DNA of 64,000 bases from Jatrophihabitantaceae bacterium (GCA_035263725.1 DATFRC010000054.1:38-64037); one strand, 5' to 3'; shown: positions 28,724 through 37,973, counted from the stretch's first letter. Translations and numbers: made by a program. Notes: generated by a model from the sequence alone, not told the origin.

Positions 28724-29692
28724 TCAGATCTCGATCACGATCTTGCCGACGAGATCGCCGGCGGCCATCGCGGCCATCCCGTCGCGGACTGAGGCGAGCG
28801 GCAGGATGCGGTCGATGTGGGGGCGCAGCCCGCTGGCGCGCAGGAAGGCGATCAGGTCGGTCAGCTCGGACTTCGTCCCCATCGTCGAGCCCACGACTGA
28901 CAGCTGGAGAAAGTAGACGCGGGCCAGCTCGGCGGGCGGCTGGGAACCGGATGTCGCGCCGCAGACCACGATGCGCCCGCCTGGCTTGAGCGACCTCACC
29001 GAGTGCGCCCAGGTGGCCTCGCCGACGGTCTCGAAGACGACGTCGACCCGCTCGGGCAGCCGCGCTCCAGACGCGAACGCCTCGTGCGCGCCGAGGTCGA
29101 GTGCCGCCTGCTGCTTCGCCTCGGTACGTGCGGTAGCCCAGACGCGCAGGCCCATGGCGCGGGCCATCATGATCGCTGCGGTGGCGACGCCGCCAGACGC
29201 TCCCTGCACGAGCACCGTCTGCCCGGGCCGCAGCCCAGCCCTGACGAACAGCATGCGGTACGCAGTCAGCCACGCGGTCGGCAGGCAGGCCGCCTCAGCC
29301 CAGGACAGCTCGGCAGGCTTGGGCAACACGTTGTGGGCGGGGACGATCACGTGCTCGGCGAACGTGCCCTGGTGTTTCTCGGAGAGCAGGGTGCGCCCCG
29401 GGTCGAGCGTTTCGTCGCCGTCCCAGCCGTCGGTCGCGATCACGGCGTGAACGACGACCTCTTCGCCGGAGGTGGTGTCGATGCCGGCCGCGTCGCAGCC
29501 GAGAACCATCGGGAACTGCTCGGGACGGATACCCACTCCGCGAAGCGTCCACAGGTCGTGGTGGTTCAGGCTCGCCGCCTTGACCGCGACCGTGGTCCAA
29601 CCGGCAGGTGGCTTCGGATCGGGGCGCTCGCCGACGATGAGGCCGGCCAGCGGATCGTCCGGGTGAGGGGCCGAAGCATAGGCAGCACGCAT
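28724..29692 (-). CDS. Zinc-type alcohol dehydrogenase / quinone oxidoreductase (MDR superfamily)
   Basis: 322 aa with a nucleotide-binding block (VLVQGASGGVATAAIMMA) and an N-terminal GroES-like domain. Confidence 0.85.
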   Translation of the reverse strand: MRAAYASAPHPDDPLAGLIVGERPDPKPPAGWTTVAVKAASLNHHDLWTLRGVGIRPEQFPMVLGCDAAGIDTTSGEEVVVHAVIATDGWDGDETLDPGRTLLSEKHQGTFAEHVIVPAHNVLPKPAELSWAEAACLPTAWLTAYRMLFVRAGLRPGQTVLVQGASGGVATAAIMMARAMGLRVWATARTEAKQQAALDLGAHEAFASGARLPERVDVVFETVGEATWAHSVRSLKPGGRIVVCGATSGSQPPAELARVYFLQLSVVGSTMGTKSELTDLIAFLRASGLRPHIDRILPLASVRDGMAAMAAGDLVGKIVIEI

Positions 29693-29715
29693 GATGCCGA
29701 ACCCTAGGTGAGCCG

Positions 29716-29979
29716 CTAGCGGGTCAGGTCCGCCGGTGCGGACGCGAGCGTCGCCTCGATCGCCTGGACGAGGGCGCGGGCCGACTCGGCGGTCAGCTCC
29801 ACCGCAACCCGCGCGCCCGGCCCTCGCGACGGGTTCGCGAAGTCGATGTTGAGCGTGTGCTCCGCGAGCGCGTGGACGGGGTGGTCGAAATAGACCGTGG
29901 CGTCGGTGACCCGGAACCAGCCCGCGGCTCCCTTGCCGCTGCCGGCGACGGTGATCGTTTCAGTGAGGTAGGTGCACAT
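29716..29979 (-). CDS. Small conserved hypothetical protein (DUF6295-like, 87 aa)
   Basis: MCTYLTETITVAGSGKGAAGWFRVTDATVYFDHPVHALAEHTLNIDF. The family assignment is from memory of similar actinobacterial proteins. Confidence 0.55.
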   Translation of the reverse strand: MCTYLTETITVAGSGKGAAGWFRVTDATVYFDHPVHALAEHTLNIDFANPSRGPGARVAVELTAESARALVQAIEATLASAPADLTR

Positions 29980-29987
29980 CGCGATTC

Positions 29988-30716
29988 CTAGGAGAGGTGG
30001 CGGTCGAGGAAGTCGGCAATCTTGTCCCAGCCGTCGACAGCCGCCTCGACGCGGTACGAGGGACGGTCGACCGCGAAGAACGCGTGACCGGCACCGTCGT
30101 AGCTGTGGAACTCGAACTGTTTGCCGTGCTGACGCAGCAGGGTGGCAAGTTGCTCGACCTCTGGAGGGGACGGACGCTGGTCGTCCTTGCCGAACAGGCC
30201 CAGCAGGGGGCAGCTGAGGTCGGGCAGCTTCGGTACGAGGCTGGTCCTCGCGTCGTCGGGCGAGTCGCGGACGACGTACCCGCCGTAGCAGTCGACGGCG
30301 GCGTCGAGCGGCAGGCTGCACGCGGCGAGCACCGCCTGGCGCCCGCCCGAGCAATAGCCGATCACGCCGGCCTTGCCGTTGGATGTGTCGAGACCGCGCA
30401 GGTACGCGGCAGCGCCGCCCACGTCACCGACGAGACGGTCGTCGGGCACGCCGCCCTTGGCCCGGGCGGCGGCGGCCGCGTCGTCCGCATCGGCGCCGGG
30501 GGCCTCGCGGTGGAACAGGTTGGGGCAGACGGCGTCGCATCCGAGCTCGGCGAAGCGGCGCACGATCTCCTTGGTGGCCCGGTCATATCCCGGTATGTGG
30601 TGAATGACGACCATCCCGCCGCGGCGCTGGGGACCTTGCGGGCGGGCAAGGTATGCCTCGATCTCGTCGCCGCCAGCTCCGGCGATAGTGATCGTTTCCG
30701 CGGTCAGAGAGCTCAT
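29988..30716 (-). CDS. Dienelactone hydrolase family protein
   Basis: 242 aa with a Cys nucleophile elbow (IGYCSGGR) and a C-terminal ...GAGHAF block. Confidence 0.85.
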   Translation of the reverse strand: MSSLTAETITIAGAGGDEIEAYLARPQGPQRRGGMVVIHHIPGYDRATKEIVRRFAELGCDAVCPNLFHREAPGADADDAAAAARAKGGVPDDRLVGDVGGAAAYLRGLDTSNGKAGVIGYCSGGRQAVLAACSLPLDAAVDCYGGYVVRDSPDDARTSLVPKLPDLSCPLLGLFGKDDQRPSPPEVEQLATLLRQHGKQFEFHSYDGAGHAFFAVDRPSYRVEAAVDGWDKIADFLDRHLS

Positions 30717-30742
30717 ACGTGCATCTAACTAGAGTCTTCAAG

Positions 30743-31156
30743 ATGCCGTCCCGGATGCGCCGGCTGCGGAGGCTGCGCTGGCCGCAGGTTGCGCTTATCG
30801 CGCTGCTCGCGCTGGTCCTGATCGGCTACCTGGTGCACGCCGCGGACGCCCACCACCACGGCGGACTGCAGCGGGGCAGCGTCGCCCTTTCGTCATTGCC
30901 GGCGCAGGCGTCGCAGACGGTGCGCCTGATCGAGCAGGGCGGCCCCTTCCCGTACCCGCAGGACGGCGAGATCTTCAACAACGCCGAGCACCGGCTGCCC
31001 CCCGAACCTCGCGGCTATTACCACGAATTCACGGTGCCCACGCCCGGCTCCCCGGACCGTGGCGCCCGGCGCATCATCGCCGGTGGCGCAAACCGGGAGT
31101 TCTTCTACACCCCGGACCACTACGAGACGTTCCAGCGCGTGGACACGACGCGATGA
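30743..31156 (+). CDS. Secreted guanyl-specific ribonuclease of the RNase Sa / N1-T1 (barnase-like) family
   Basis: TVRLIEQGGPFPYPQDGEIFNNAEHRLPPEPRGYYHEFTVPTPGSPDRGARRII...YTPDHYETF closely parallels RNase Sa. It has an N-terminal signal/TM segment. Alternative starts are at 30719 and 30755. Confidence 0.85.
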   Translation: MPSRMRRLRRLRWPQVALIALLALVLIGYLVHAADAHHHGGLQRGSVALSSLPAQASQTVRLIEQGGPFPYPQDGEIFNNAEHRLPPEPRGYYHEFTVPTPGSPDRGARRIIAGGANREFFYTPDHYETFQRVDTTR

Positions 31157-31290
31157 GCGCTTGCGCGAAGAGTTTGCCGGCGGCGACGTGGCCCGCGCCG
31201 AAGGCGTGGGGTGGCGCGAGGCATCCGCCTCTTGGGGGCGGTGCCGGAGTGACACATCCGGCGGATGAGTCAGCGATGAGCGCTTGCGCG
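31151..31290 (+). repeat. ~123-nt GC-rich intergenic repeat, copy A (1.14 tandem units)
   Basis: GATGAGCGCTTGCGCGAAGAG at 31152-31172 is identical to 63638-63658. CGATGAGCGCTTGCGCG recurs at 31274-31290, which gives the unit length. Confidence 0.8.
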
Positions 31291-31301
31291 GATGATCAGT
31301 G

Positions 31302-31589
31302 ATGGACAGGTATGTCGCCCCGGCTGCGACAAAGCGCGCGGCTATCTGCGCTATCTACGCCGCGGTTCAGGCCCCCGAGTGGGCGGCGCCCAACCTGGAC
31401 GGGCTGATCGACGTGCTGCGGGACCTGTCCTGGCTGCCACCCGGGCCGATCGTGCTGCACTGGCCGGACTCAGGGCGGCTACCGGCCGCAGACGAGCAGG
31501 CCATCCGCGCGGCGCTCGACATCGTGGCCGCGGACACCGCCCAGACCGACCGCCCGGTCTCCGTCGCGTACCCCGGAGTCGCACAGTGA
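31302..31589 (+). CDS. Barstar-family ribonuclease inhibitor
   Basis: ~95 aa with an LDGLIDVLRDLSWL block. It lies immediately downstream of the RNase gene. The start is GTG 31299 or ATG 31302. Confidence 0.7.
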   Translation: MDRYVAPAATKRAAICAIYAAVQAPEWAAPNLDGLIDVLRDLSWLPPGPIVLHWPDSGRLPAADEQAIRAALDIVAADTAQTDRPVSVAYPGVAQ

Positions 31590-31637
31590 CGCCGTGCCGG
31601 ATCTGCCCGCCCGCGCGGGTCGCTGCGCCGGCAGCGC

Positions 31638-32882
31638 GTGTCGCTGTTTAACACTGGAGGGGTGCCTTCCGAGTTGCCCGCCGGGGAGACGCCGCCGCGC
31701 GACGGCCGCCTGCCGCCGACGGCGCTGGACGAGTTGCGTGACCCGCCGTTCGGGATATACGTGCACGTGCCGTTCTGCGAGACCCGTTGCGGCTACTGCG
31801 ACTTCAACACCTACACCGCCGTGGAGCTCGGGCCGAGTGTCAGTCGCGGGAGCTACGCCGACACCGTGCTGATGGAGCTGCGGCTCGCCCAGCATGTGCT
31901 GCGCGACCGCGCACCGCGGGTATCGACGATCTTCTTCGGCGGCGGGACGCCAACGGTCCTGCCTGCGGAGCACCTAGAGCTGATCGTCAAGGAGATCGGC
32001 GAGCGGTTCGGCATCGCGCCGGACGCCGAGATAACCACCGAGGCGAACCCCGAGTCGGTGACGCCCGCCTACCTCGCCAGGCTGCGCGCGGCAGGGTTCA
32101 CCCGGCTATCGATCGGCATGCAGTCGGCGGTGCCACGCGTGCTGGAGGTGCTCGATCGCCGGCACCGTCCGGGACGCCCCGAAGAGGTCGTCCAAGAGGC
32201 CCGCGCCGCCGGCTTCGAACACGTCAACCTGGACCTCATCTACGGCGCACCGTATGAGAGCGAAGCCGACTGGCAGGCGTCGTTGGACGCGGCGATCGGT
32301 GCCGCACCGGACCACATCAGCGCCTATGCGCTGGTCGTCGAGCAGGGCACAGCGCTGGCTCGACACGTCGCCCAGGGCATACTGCCGGCGCCGGACGACG
32401 ACGTGCTGGCCGACCGGTACGCGCAGGCCGACGAGGCGCTGCGCCGCGCCGGGTTCGAGTGGTACGAGGTCTCCAACTGGGCGAAGACGCCTGCCGGCCG
32501 GTGCCGGCACAACGAGCTGTACTGGCGGGATGCGAACTGGTGGGGCGCGGGGCCCGGCGCCCACAGCCACGTCGGGGGAGTGCGGTGGTGGAACGTCAAG
32601 CACCCGGTCCGCTACTCGACGCTGTTGGAGGCCGGGCGCAGCCCCGCGGCGGGACGCGAAGTGCTGGGCGGCAAGGCTCGGCTGACGGAGCGGATCATGC
32701 TGGGCATCCGGCTGCGTGAGGGCCTCTCGATGCTCGATATCCCGCAAAGCACCCACGCCAAGGTGCCACAGCTCGTGGGCTGGGGGCTCGCCGACCAGGA
32801 TGCCTTCCATGCCGGGCGGATCGTGCTGACCATGCGTGGCCGGCTGCTCGCCGACGCCGTGGTACGCGACCTACTGGGCTGA
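31638..32882 (+). CDS. hemW: Radical SAM heme chaperone HemW (HemN-like)
   Basis: Contains HVPFCETRCGYCDFN. It is 414 aa and lies upstream of hrcA-dnaJ. Confidence 0.88.
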   Translation: MSLFNTGGVPSELPAGETPPRDGRLPPTALDELRDPPFGIYVHVPFCETRCGYCDFNTYTAVELGPSVSRGSYADTVLMELRLAQHVLRDRAPRVSTIFFGGGTPTVLPAEHLELIVKEIGERFGIAPDAEITTEANPESVTPAYLARLRAAGFTRLSIGMQSAVPRVLEVLDRRHRPGRPEEVVQEARAAGFEHVNLDLIYGAPYESEADWQASLDAAIGAAPDHISAYALVVEQGTALARHVAQGILPAPDDDVLADRYAQADEALRRAGFEWYEVSNWAKTPAGRCRHNELYWRDANWWGAGPGAHSHVGGVRWWNVKHPVRYSTLLEAGRSPAAGREVLGGKARLTERIMLGIRLREGLSMLDIPQSTHAKVPQLVGWGLADQDAFHAGRIVLTMRGRLLADAVVRDLLG

Positions 32883-33206
32883 GCCGTGCTGATCGAGGTC
32901 CAGGACTCGCACATGTAGCGCGGTGCGCTGGTGGAGCGCGGCGCGCAGCGCTCGGTGCAGGCCGTCCTCGAGATAGATGTCGCCGCGCCACTGCACCGCG
33001 TGGGGAAACAAGTCCCCGAAGAACGTGGAGTCCTCGTCCAGTAGCTTGTCGAGCGCGAGCTCGCGTTTGGTGGTGATGAGCTGGTCGAGCCGCACCGATC
33101 GCGGGGGCACGTTGGCCCAGTCGCGCGCGGACAAGCCGTGGTCCGGATACGGGCGTCCGCTGCGTACCGCCTTGAAGATCACCGCTCCGCCCAGAAGTCC
33201 CGTCAT
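32871..33206 (-). CDS. Conserved hypothetical protein, possibly ParB/sulfiredoxin-like fold
   Basis: 111 aa. An LEDGLHRALRAAL segment resembles the DGxHR motif of ParB/Srx domains, which is weak evidence. Its 3' end overlaps the hemW 3' end by 12 nt. Confidence 0.5.
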   Translation of the reverse strand: MTGLLGGAVIFKAVRSGRPYPDHGLSARDWANVPPRSVRLDQLITTKRELALDKLLDEDSTFFGDLFPHAVQWRGDIYLEDGLHRALRAALHQRTALHVRVLDLDQHGSAQ

Positions 33207-33292
33207 GCCAGATGTCCGCGTGGCAGCGTATCGCGGGGCGGTCGCAGCCGCTGCGGAAATCGTAAGCTGTAGTGACGAACGGAGAGTGAGCA

Positions 33293-34312
33293 GTGAACGT
33301 CGACGAACGCAAGCTCGAGGTGCTGCGGGCCATCGTCGAGGATTTCATCGCCACCAGCGAGCCCGTCGGCAGTAAGGCATTGGCGGATCGGCACCACCTC
33401 GGCGTCTCCCCGGCAACAATCCGCAACGACATGGCCGCGCTCGAGGAGGAAGGGCTGATAGCCCAGCCGCACACCAGCGCGGGGCGCATCCCCACCGACG
33501 CGGGATACCGCGTCTTCGTCGACCGGCTGACGTCGGTGAAGCCGCTGTCCACCGCCGAGCGCCGGGCCATCGAGGTGTTCCTCGACAACGCCGTCGACCT
33601 CGACGACGTGCTGCACCGGGCCGTGCGCACGCTCGCGCAGCTCACCCGTAATGTCGCGGTTGTGCAGTATCCGTCGCTGTCCCGCAGCCGGGTGCGCCAC
33701 CTCGAACTCGTCGCGCTGAACCCCGCCCGGCTGATGCTGGTGCTGATCACGGACACCGGCCGTGTCGAGCAGCGCTTGGTCGAGCTGCCCGCGTCGGTGG
33801 ACGAGGAAGCGGTGGCGCAGCTGCGGACCACCCTGAACACCCGGCTGCGCGACCGGCTGCTCGCCGAGGCTCCCCAGATCGTCAGCGACCTGCCCAAGTC
33901 GGTGACGGCCGAGCTGCGTGGCCTGGTCGCCACGCTGACGTCGGTGTTGCTCGAGACGTTGGTCGAGAGGCACAGCGACCGGATCGTCCTCGGCGGCACG
34001 GCAAACCTCACCCAGCACGCCCTCGACTTCCCGGCGATTCGCCCCGTGCTCGAGGCCCTGGAGGAGCAGGTGGTGCTGCTGCGGCTGCTGGATCAGTCGG
34101 TGAACTCCACCCAGGTCATGGTGCGGATCGGCAACGAGAACCCGCACGAGGGGCTGCAGGCCACGTCGGTCGTGACGAGTGGATACGGGGTCCCCGGAGC
34201 CCGGCTGGGCGCCGTCGGGGTGCTCGGCCCGCGGCGCATGGACTACGCGCACACCATGGCCCGGGTGGCCGCGGTGGCCCGCTATGTCGGCGAGCTGATC
34301 GCCGAGAGCTGA
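33293..34312 (+). CDS. hrcA: Heat-inducible transcription repressor HrcA
   Basis: Contains [26 protein letters not shown]. Confidence 0.92.
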   Translation: MNVDERKLEVLRAIVEDFIATSEPVGSKALADRHHLGVSPATIRNDMAALEEEGLIAQPHTSAGRIPTDAGYRVFVDRLTSVKPLSTAERRAIEVFLDNAVDLDDVLHRAVRTLAQLTRNVAVVQYPSLSRSRVRHLELVALNPARLMLVLITDTGRVEQRLVELPASVDEEAVAQLRTTLNTRLRDRLLAEAPQIVSDLPKSVTAELRGLVATLTSVLLETLVERHSDRIVLGGTANLTQHALDFPAIRPVLEALEEQVVLLRLLDQSVNSTQVMVRIGNENPHEGLQATSVVTSGYGVPGARLGAVGVLGPRRMDYAHTMARVAAVARYVGELIAES

Positions 34313-34409
34313 GTTCGGCGTCGAGCCGGCTGGGAATGGCAGCGGCGTCCGTACACTTGGCAGTCGAAGACACTGGTTGCCAGACACCTGAAGACAAAAG
34401 GACTCACAC

Positions 34410-35552
34410 GTGGCCGAAACCGTCCGCGACTACTACGCGCTGCTCGGCGTACGCCGAGACGCCACGAGTGAGGAAATCAAGCGCGCCTACCGGAAACTGG
34501 CTCGCGAGCTACACCCCGACGTGAACCCCGATCCGCTCGCCCAGGATCGGTTCAAGGAGGTCACCGCGGCGTACGAGGTGCTCTCCGACCCGGAGAAGCG
34601 CCGCATCGTCGACCTCGGTGGCGACCCGCTGGCACCGGGCGGCGGTCAGGGGACGGCGAGCAACCCCTTTGCCGGGTTCGGTGGCTTCAGCGACGTCTTC
34701 GAGGCGTTCTTCGGTGGCGGGACGCCCGGTGGGCGTGGGCCGCGCAGCCGGGTGCGCCCCGGTGCCGACGCGCTGCTGCGCCTGGAGCTCACCCTGGACG
34801 AAGCCGCCTTCGGCGTGCGCCGGGACATCAGCGTGGAGACCGCGGTGGTCTGCCAGACCTGCCATGGCAGCGGCTGCGCACCGGGCACCTCCCCGCGCAC
34901 CTGCGCGGTCTGCGGGGGCGTCGGCGAGATCCAGTCCGTGCAGCGCTCGTTCCTCGGTCAGGTCATGACGACCCGCACCTGCCACGCGTGTGCCGGCACC
35001 GGCGAGCAGATTCCCTCGCCGTGCCCGACCTGCGGCACAGAGGGACGGGTACGAGCACGACGCACCATCGCGGTCGACGTCCCAGCCGGCATCGAGGACG
35101 GCATGCGGATCCGGCTATCCGCGCAGGGCGAGGTCGGCCCCGGCGGCGGGCCGGCGGGCGACCTGTACATCGAGGTGAGCGAGCAGCCGCACGACACGTT
35201 CACCCGAGAGGGCGCCGACCTGCACTGCCGCGTCTCATTGCCGATGACCGCGGCGGCGCTCGGCACCAAGCTGGTGTTGCCCACCCTCGACGGCGAGGAG
35301 AAGCTCGAGATTCGGCCCGGGACCCAGAACGGCGCGGTGCTAACCATGCGCGGTAAGGGCATTCCCCGGCTGCGCAGCAGCTCCCGGGGTGACCTGCACA
35401 TCCACGTGGAGGTGGCCACGCCCACGCGGCTCGACGATTCGCAGGAGAAGCTGCTGCGTGAGTTCGCCGCACTGCGCAACGAAGAGGTGTCCGTTACGAC
35501 GGCGCGCACCGGCCTGTTCGGCAAGATGCGGGACGCCTTCGGCGGCCGGTGA
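34410..35552 (+). CDS. dnaJ: Molecular chaperone DnaJ
   Basis: Has a J domain (DYYALLGV...HPD), a Gly-rich linker, and CxxCxGxG zinc-finger repeats. Confidence 0.93.
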   Translation: MAETVRDYYALLGVRRDATSEEIKRAYRKLARELHPDVNPDPLAQDRFKEVTAAYEVLSDPEKRRIVDLGGDPLAPGGGQGTASNPFAGFGGFSDVFEAFFGGGTPGGRGPRSRVRPGADALLRLELTLDEAAFGVRRDISVETAVVCQTCHGSGCAPGTSPRTCAVCGGVGEIQSVQRSFLGQVMTTRTCHACAGTGEQIPSPCPTCGTEGRVRARRTIAVDVPAGIEDGMRIRLSAQGEVGPGGGPAGDLYIEVSEQPHDTFTREGADLHCRVSLPMTAAALGTKLVLPTLDGEEKLEIRPGTQNGAVLTMRGKGIPRLRSSSRGDLHIHVEVATPTRLDDSQEKLLREFAALRNEEVSVTTARTGLFGKMRDAFGGR

Positions 35553-36271
35553 GCACCCCGGCGCTGTTCCTGCTCGATCCGCTGCCGCCCGGCGACGTGA
35601 TCGTTCTCGACGGGGACGAGGGGCGGCACGCTGCCCGGGTTAAGCGCGTCCGGCACGGTGAGACCGTGCTGATCGGTGACGGGCGCGGCGCACTGGTCAG
35701 CTGCGTCGCCGAGTCGGTCGGCGCCGACCGGTTGACGGCGCGGGTCGTCGATCGGCGGGTCGTTCCCATGCCCGAGCCTCGTCTGGTGGTCGTCCAGGCA
35801 TTGCCGAAAGGCGAACGGGCCGAGCTTGCGGTCGAGTTGCTGACGGAGCTCGGCGCCGACGAGATCGTGCCATGGGCAGCGGCACGTTCGGTCGTGCAAT
35901 GGACTGGCGAACGCGCCGCCAAGGGGCTGACACGGTGGCGGCGCGTCGCAGCAGAGGCGGCGAAGCAGAGCCGCCGCCCCTGGGTGCCCGTGGTGGCCGA
36001 GCTGGCCAGTACATCCGAGGTCGTGGCGCGGGCGAGGGGCGCGTTGGTGCTGCACGACGGCGCCGCACTTGCGCTGACCGGTGCCGTTCTGCCCGTCGGC
36101 TGTGACATCATCCTCGTCGTGGGTCCGGAAGGTGGCATCGCCGCCGACGAGCTCGCCGCGTTCACCGCGGCCGGTGCCGTGCCGGTGCGGCTGGGCGAGC
36201 CGGTACTTCGCACGTCGACGGCTGGCGCCGCGGCGCTGGCCGTCTTGTCGGTCCGCATCGGGCGGTGGTGA
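35549..36271 (+). CDS. rsmE: 16S rRNA (uracil1498-N3)-methyltransferase RsmE
   Basis: Contains [16 protein letters not shown] 35549 overlaps the dnaJ stop. Confidence 0.85.
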   Translation: MSTPALFLLDPLPPGDVIVLDGDEGRHAARVKRVRHGETVLIGDGRGALVSCVAESVGADRLTARVVDRRVVPMPEPRLVVVQALPKGERAELAVELLTELGADEIVPWAAARSVVQWTGERAAKGLTRWRRVAAEAAKQSRRPWVPVVAELASTSEVVARARGALVLHDGAALALTGAVLPVGCDIILVVGPEGGIAADELAAFTAAGAVPVRLGEPVLRTSTAGAAALAVLSVRIGRW

Positions 36272-36275
36272 GCGC

Positions 36276-36647
36276 ATGATCGGACGCCTGCATCACGTCA
36301 TCGTCGACTGCCGCGACCCTGCCGCGCTCGCCGCGTTCTATTCGGAGCTGCTCGGTCTGCCGATCACATATCGGTCACCCGACTTCGTGGTGGTGTCGCG
36401 CGACGACATGACCTCGGGGGTGGCGTTCCAGCTCGCGCCCAACCACCAACCGCCGCAATGGCCCGATCCGGATCATCCGCAGCAGATGCACTTCGACGTC
36501 ATGGTCGACGATGTGGACGCTGCCGAGCCGCAAGTGCTTGCCCTGGGTGCGCGGCGGCTCGCTGGTGGCGGCCACGTCTTCGCCGATCCGGCAGGGCACC
36601 CGTTCGACCTCATTCCGCGCCCGAAATGGGCGCCACCCATCGGCTAG
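36276..36647 (+). CDS. VOC (glyoxalase/bleomycin-resistance) family protein
   Basis: MIGRLHHVIVDCRDPAALAAFYSELLG...HFDV...DPAGHPF. Confidence 0.8.
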   Translation: MIGRLHHVIVDCRDPAALAAFYSELLGLPITYRSPDFVVVSRDDMTSGVAFQLAPNHQPPQWPDPDHPQQMHFDVMVDDVDAAEPQVLALGARRLAGGGHVFADPAGHPFDLIPRPKWAPPIG

Positions 36648-36663
36648 CGTCGCGGGAGGCATC

Positions 36664-37263
36664 GTGGGCATCGTCACGCCGGGCTTCAGGGGCCGCGATC
36701 GGGCAAGCAGCACCGACCTGCCGCCAGGCCAGTACCTGACGCGCGACTTCCCCGTCCTTTCGGCCGGTCCGACACCGAAGATCCGGCTCGACGACTGGGA
36801 GTTCGCGATCACTACCGAGACCGGCGAGGTGAAACGCTGGGACTGGCCGGCGTTTACCGCCTTGCCGATCCAGCAGATCACAGTCGACTTGCACTGCGTC
36901 ACGCGCTGGTCGAAGCTCGGCACGTCCTGGGAAGGCGTGTCGCTGGACGACCTGCTCGGCGGCGTCGACACGGCCGCCGACTACACGCTCGTGCACTCCT
37001 ATGGCGGCTACACGACCAACCTGCCGCTCGAAGATCTGATGGACGGGCAGGCGTGGATCGCCTTCCGCTACGACGGCGAGGAGCTCGCACCGGAGCACGG
37101 CGGGCCGGCCCGGTTGCTCGTGCCGCACCTGTACTTGTGGAAGAGCGCCAAGTGGGTCCGCGGCATCACCCTCGGGCTGCAAGACCAGCCAGGCTTCTGG
37201 GAGAGCCTCGGCTATCACAATTACGGGGACCCATGGCGCGAGCAGCGGTACTGGGGCGACTGA
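36664..37263 (+). CDS. Sulfite-oxidase-like molybdopterin-binding oxidoreductase
   Basis: Contains DLHCVTRWSKLGTSWEGVSL and GGPARLLVPHLYLWKSAKWVRGI. GTG 36664 follows a GGGAGG Shine-Dalgarno sequence. Confidence 0.8.
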   Translation: MGIVTPGFRGRDRASSTDLPPGQYLTRDFPVLSAGPTPKIRLDDWEFAITTETGEVKRWDWPAFTALPIQQITVDLHCVTRWSKLGTSWEGVSLDDLLGGVDTAADYTLVHSYGGYTTNLPLEDLMDGQAWIAFRYDGEELAPEHGGPARLLVPHLYLWKSAKWVRGITLGLQDQPGFWESLGYHNYGDPWREQRYWGD

Positions 37264-37973
37264 CCTGGCGGGCCGCGACCGTCGCGGCGATGCGCGACGA
37301 GACCGCGACGGCCCGGACCCTGACGCTCGACATAGCCGGCTGGCCCGGCCATCTGGCAGGCCAGCACGTCGACATCCGGCTAACCGCTCCCGACGGCTAT
37401 ACCGCGGTGCGCTCGTACTCGATCGCGTCGGTCGCGGACGGCGACCGGATCGACGTGACCGTCGAGCCGGTGCGAGACGGCGAGGTCTCGCCGTACCTCG
37501 CCCGGGTCGTCGGGGTCGGCGATCCACTCGAGGTGCGTGGCCCGGTCGGCGGCTGGTTCACCTGGCGCGCGGCGCAGTCCGAGCCGGTACAGCTCGTGGC
37601 CGGCGGCTCGGGCGTGGTGCCGCTCATGGCGATGCTGCGGGCCCGCGCGGCGGCGGCAAGCGCCGCGCCGTTCCAGCTCTTGTACTCGACGCGACGCCCG
37701 GACACGGTGATCTACCACGACGAGCTCAGCCGCTGCGTCGCCGACGGGCTGCCGCTCAGCTACGCCTACACCCGGACCGTGCCCGTGGGGTGGCCGCGCC
37801 CGCCGGCACGGGTGGACGCGGCGCTGCTCGCCGCGGTCACGTTTGCGCCGGACGAACATCCCACCTGCTACGTCTGCGGCCCGACGGCGTTCGTCGAGAC
37901 CGTGGCCGACCTGATGGTCGCGGCCGGGCACGACGCCCAGCGCGTCCGCACTGAGCGATTCGGAGGACCGTGA
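37233..37973 (+). CDS. Ferredoxin-reductase-type FAD/NAD(P)-binding oxidoreductase
   Basis: Has an RSYSIAS FAD motif and a GGSGVVPLMAM NAD motif. The start is uncertain and overlaps the upstream gene by 31 nt. Confidence 0.75.
   Translation: MARAAVLGRLTWRAATVAAMRDETATARTLTLDIAGWPGHLAGQHVDIRLTAPDGYTAVRSYSIASVADGDRIDVTVEPVRDGEVSPYLARVVGVGDPLEVRGPVGGWFTWRAAQSEPVQLVAGGSGVVPLMAMLRARAAAASAAPFQLLYSTRRPDTVIYHDELSRCVADGLPLSYAYTRTVPVGWPRPPARVDAALLAAVTFAPDEHPTCYVCGPTAFVETVADLMVAAGHDAQRVRTERFGGP

Noticed and set aside
29940-30716. N-terminal similarity between the small DUF6295-like protein (LTETITVAGSG) and the adjacent dienelactone hydrolase (LTAETITIAGAG), with 18/20 nt identity (GAAACGATCAC..TCGCCGG).
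   Set aside because: The match is too short to distinguish from chance or convergent N-terminal composition. The rest of the two proteins is unrelated, and I cannot support a partial-duplication claim without a statistical search.
31153-31302. Small ORFs starting MSACAKS/MSARAKS inside each copy of the 123-nt repeat (31153-31302, 63640-63765, 17116-17352 minus strand).
   Set aside because: Between copies B and C, single-nucleotide indels shift the reading frame while nucleotide similarity continues, so the peptide sequence between the indels is not conserved. There is also no Shine-Dalgarno sequence. The repeat is treated as non-coding.
26300-31600. The variable stretch between lepA and hemW considered as a horizontally acquired island or defence locus.
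   Set aside because: I saw no integrase, transposase, tRNA attachment site or flanking direct repeats, and no obvious compositional shift. The gene content is ordinary enzymes plus the known RNase/barstar pair.
33207-33292. An expected CIRCE (TTAGCACTC-N9-GAGTGCTAA) or HAIR operator upstream of hrcA and dnaJ.
   Set aside because: No acceptable match was found in either the hrcA or the dnaJ upstream spacer. Only a fragmentary GAGTG is present.
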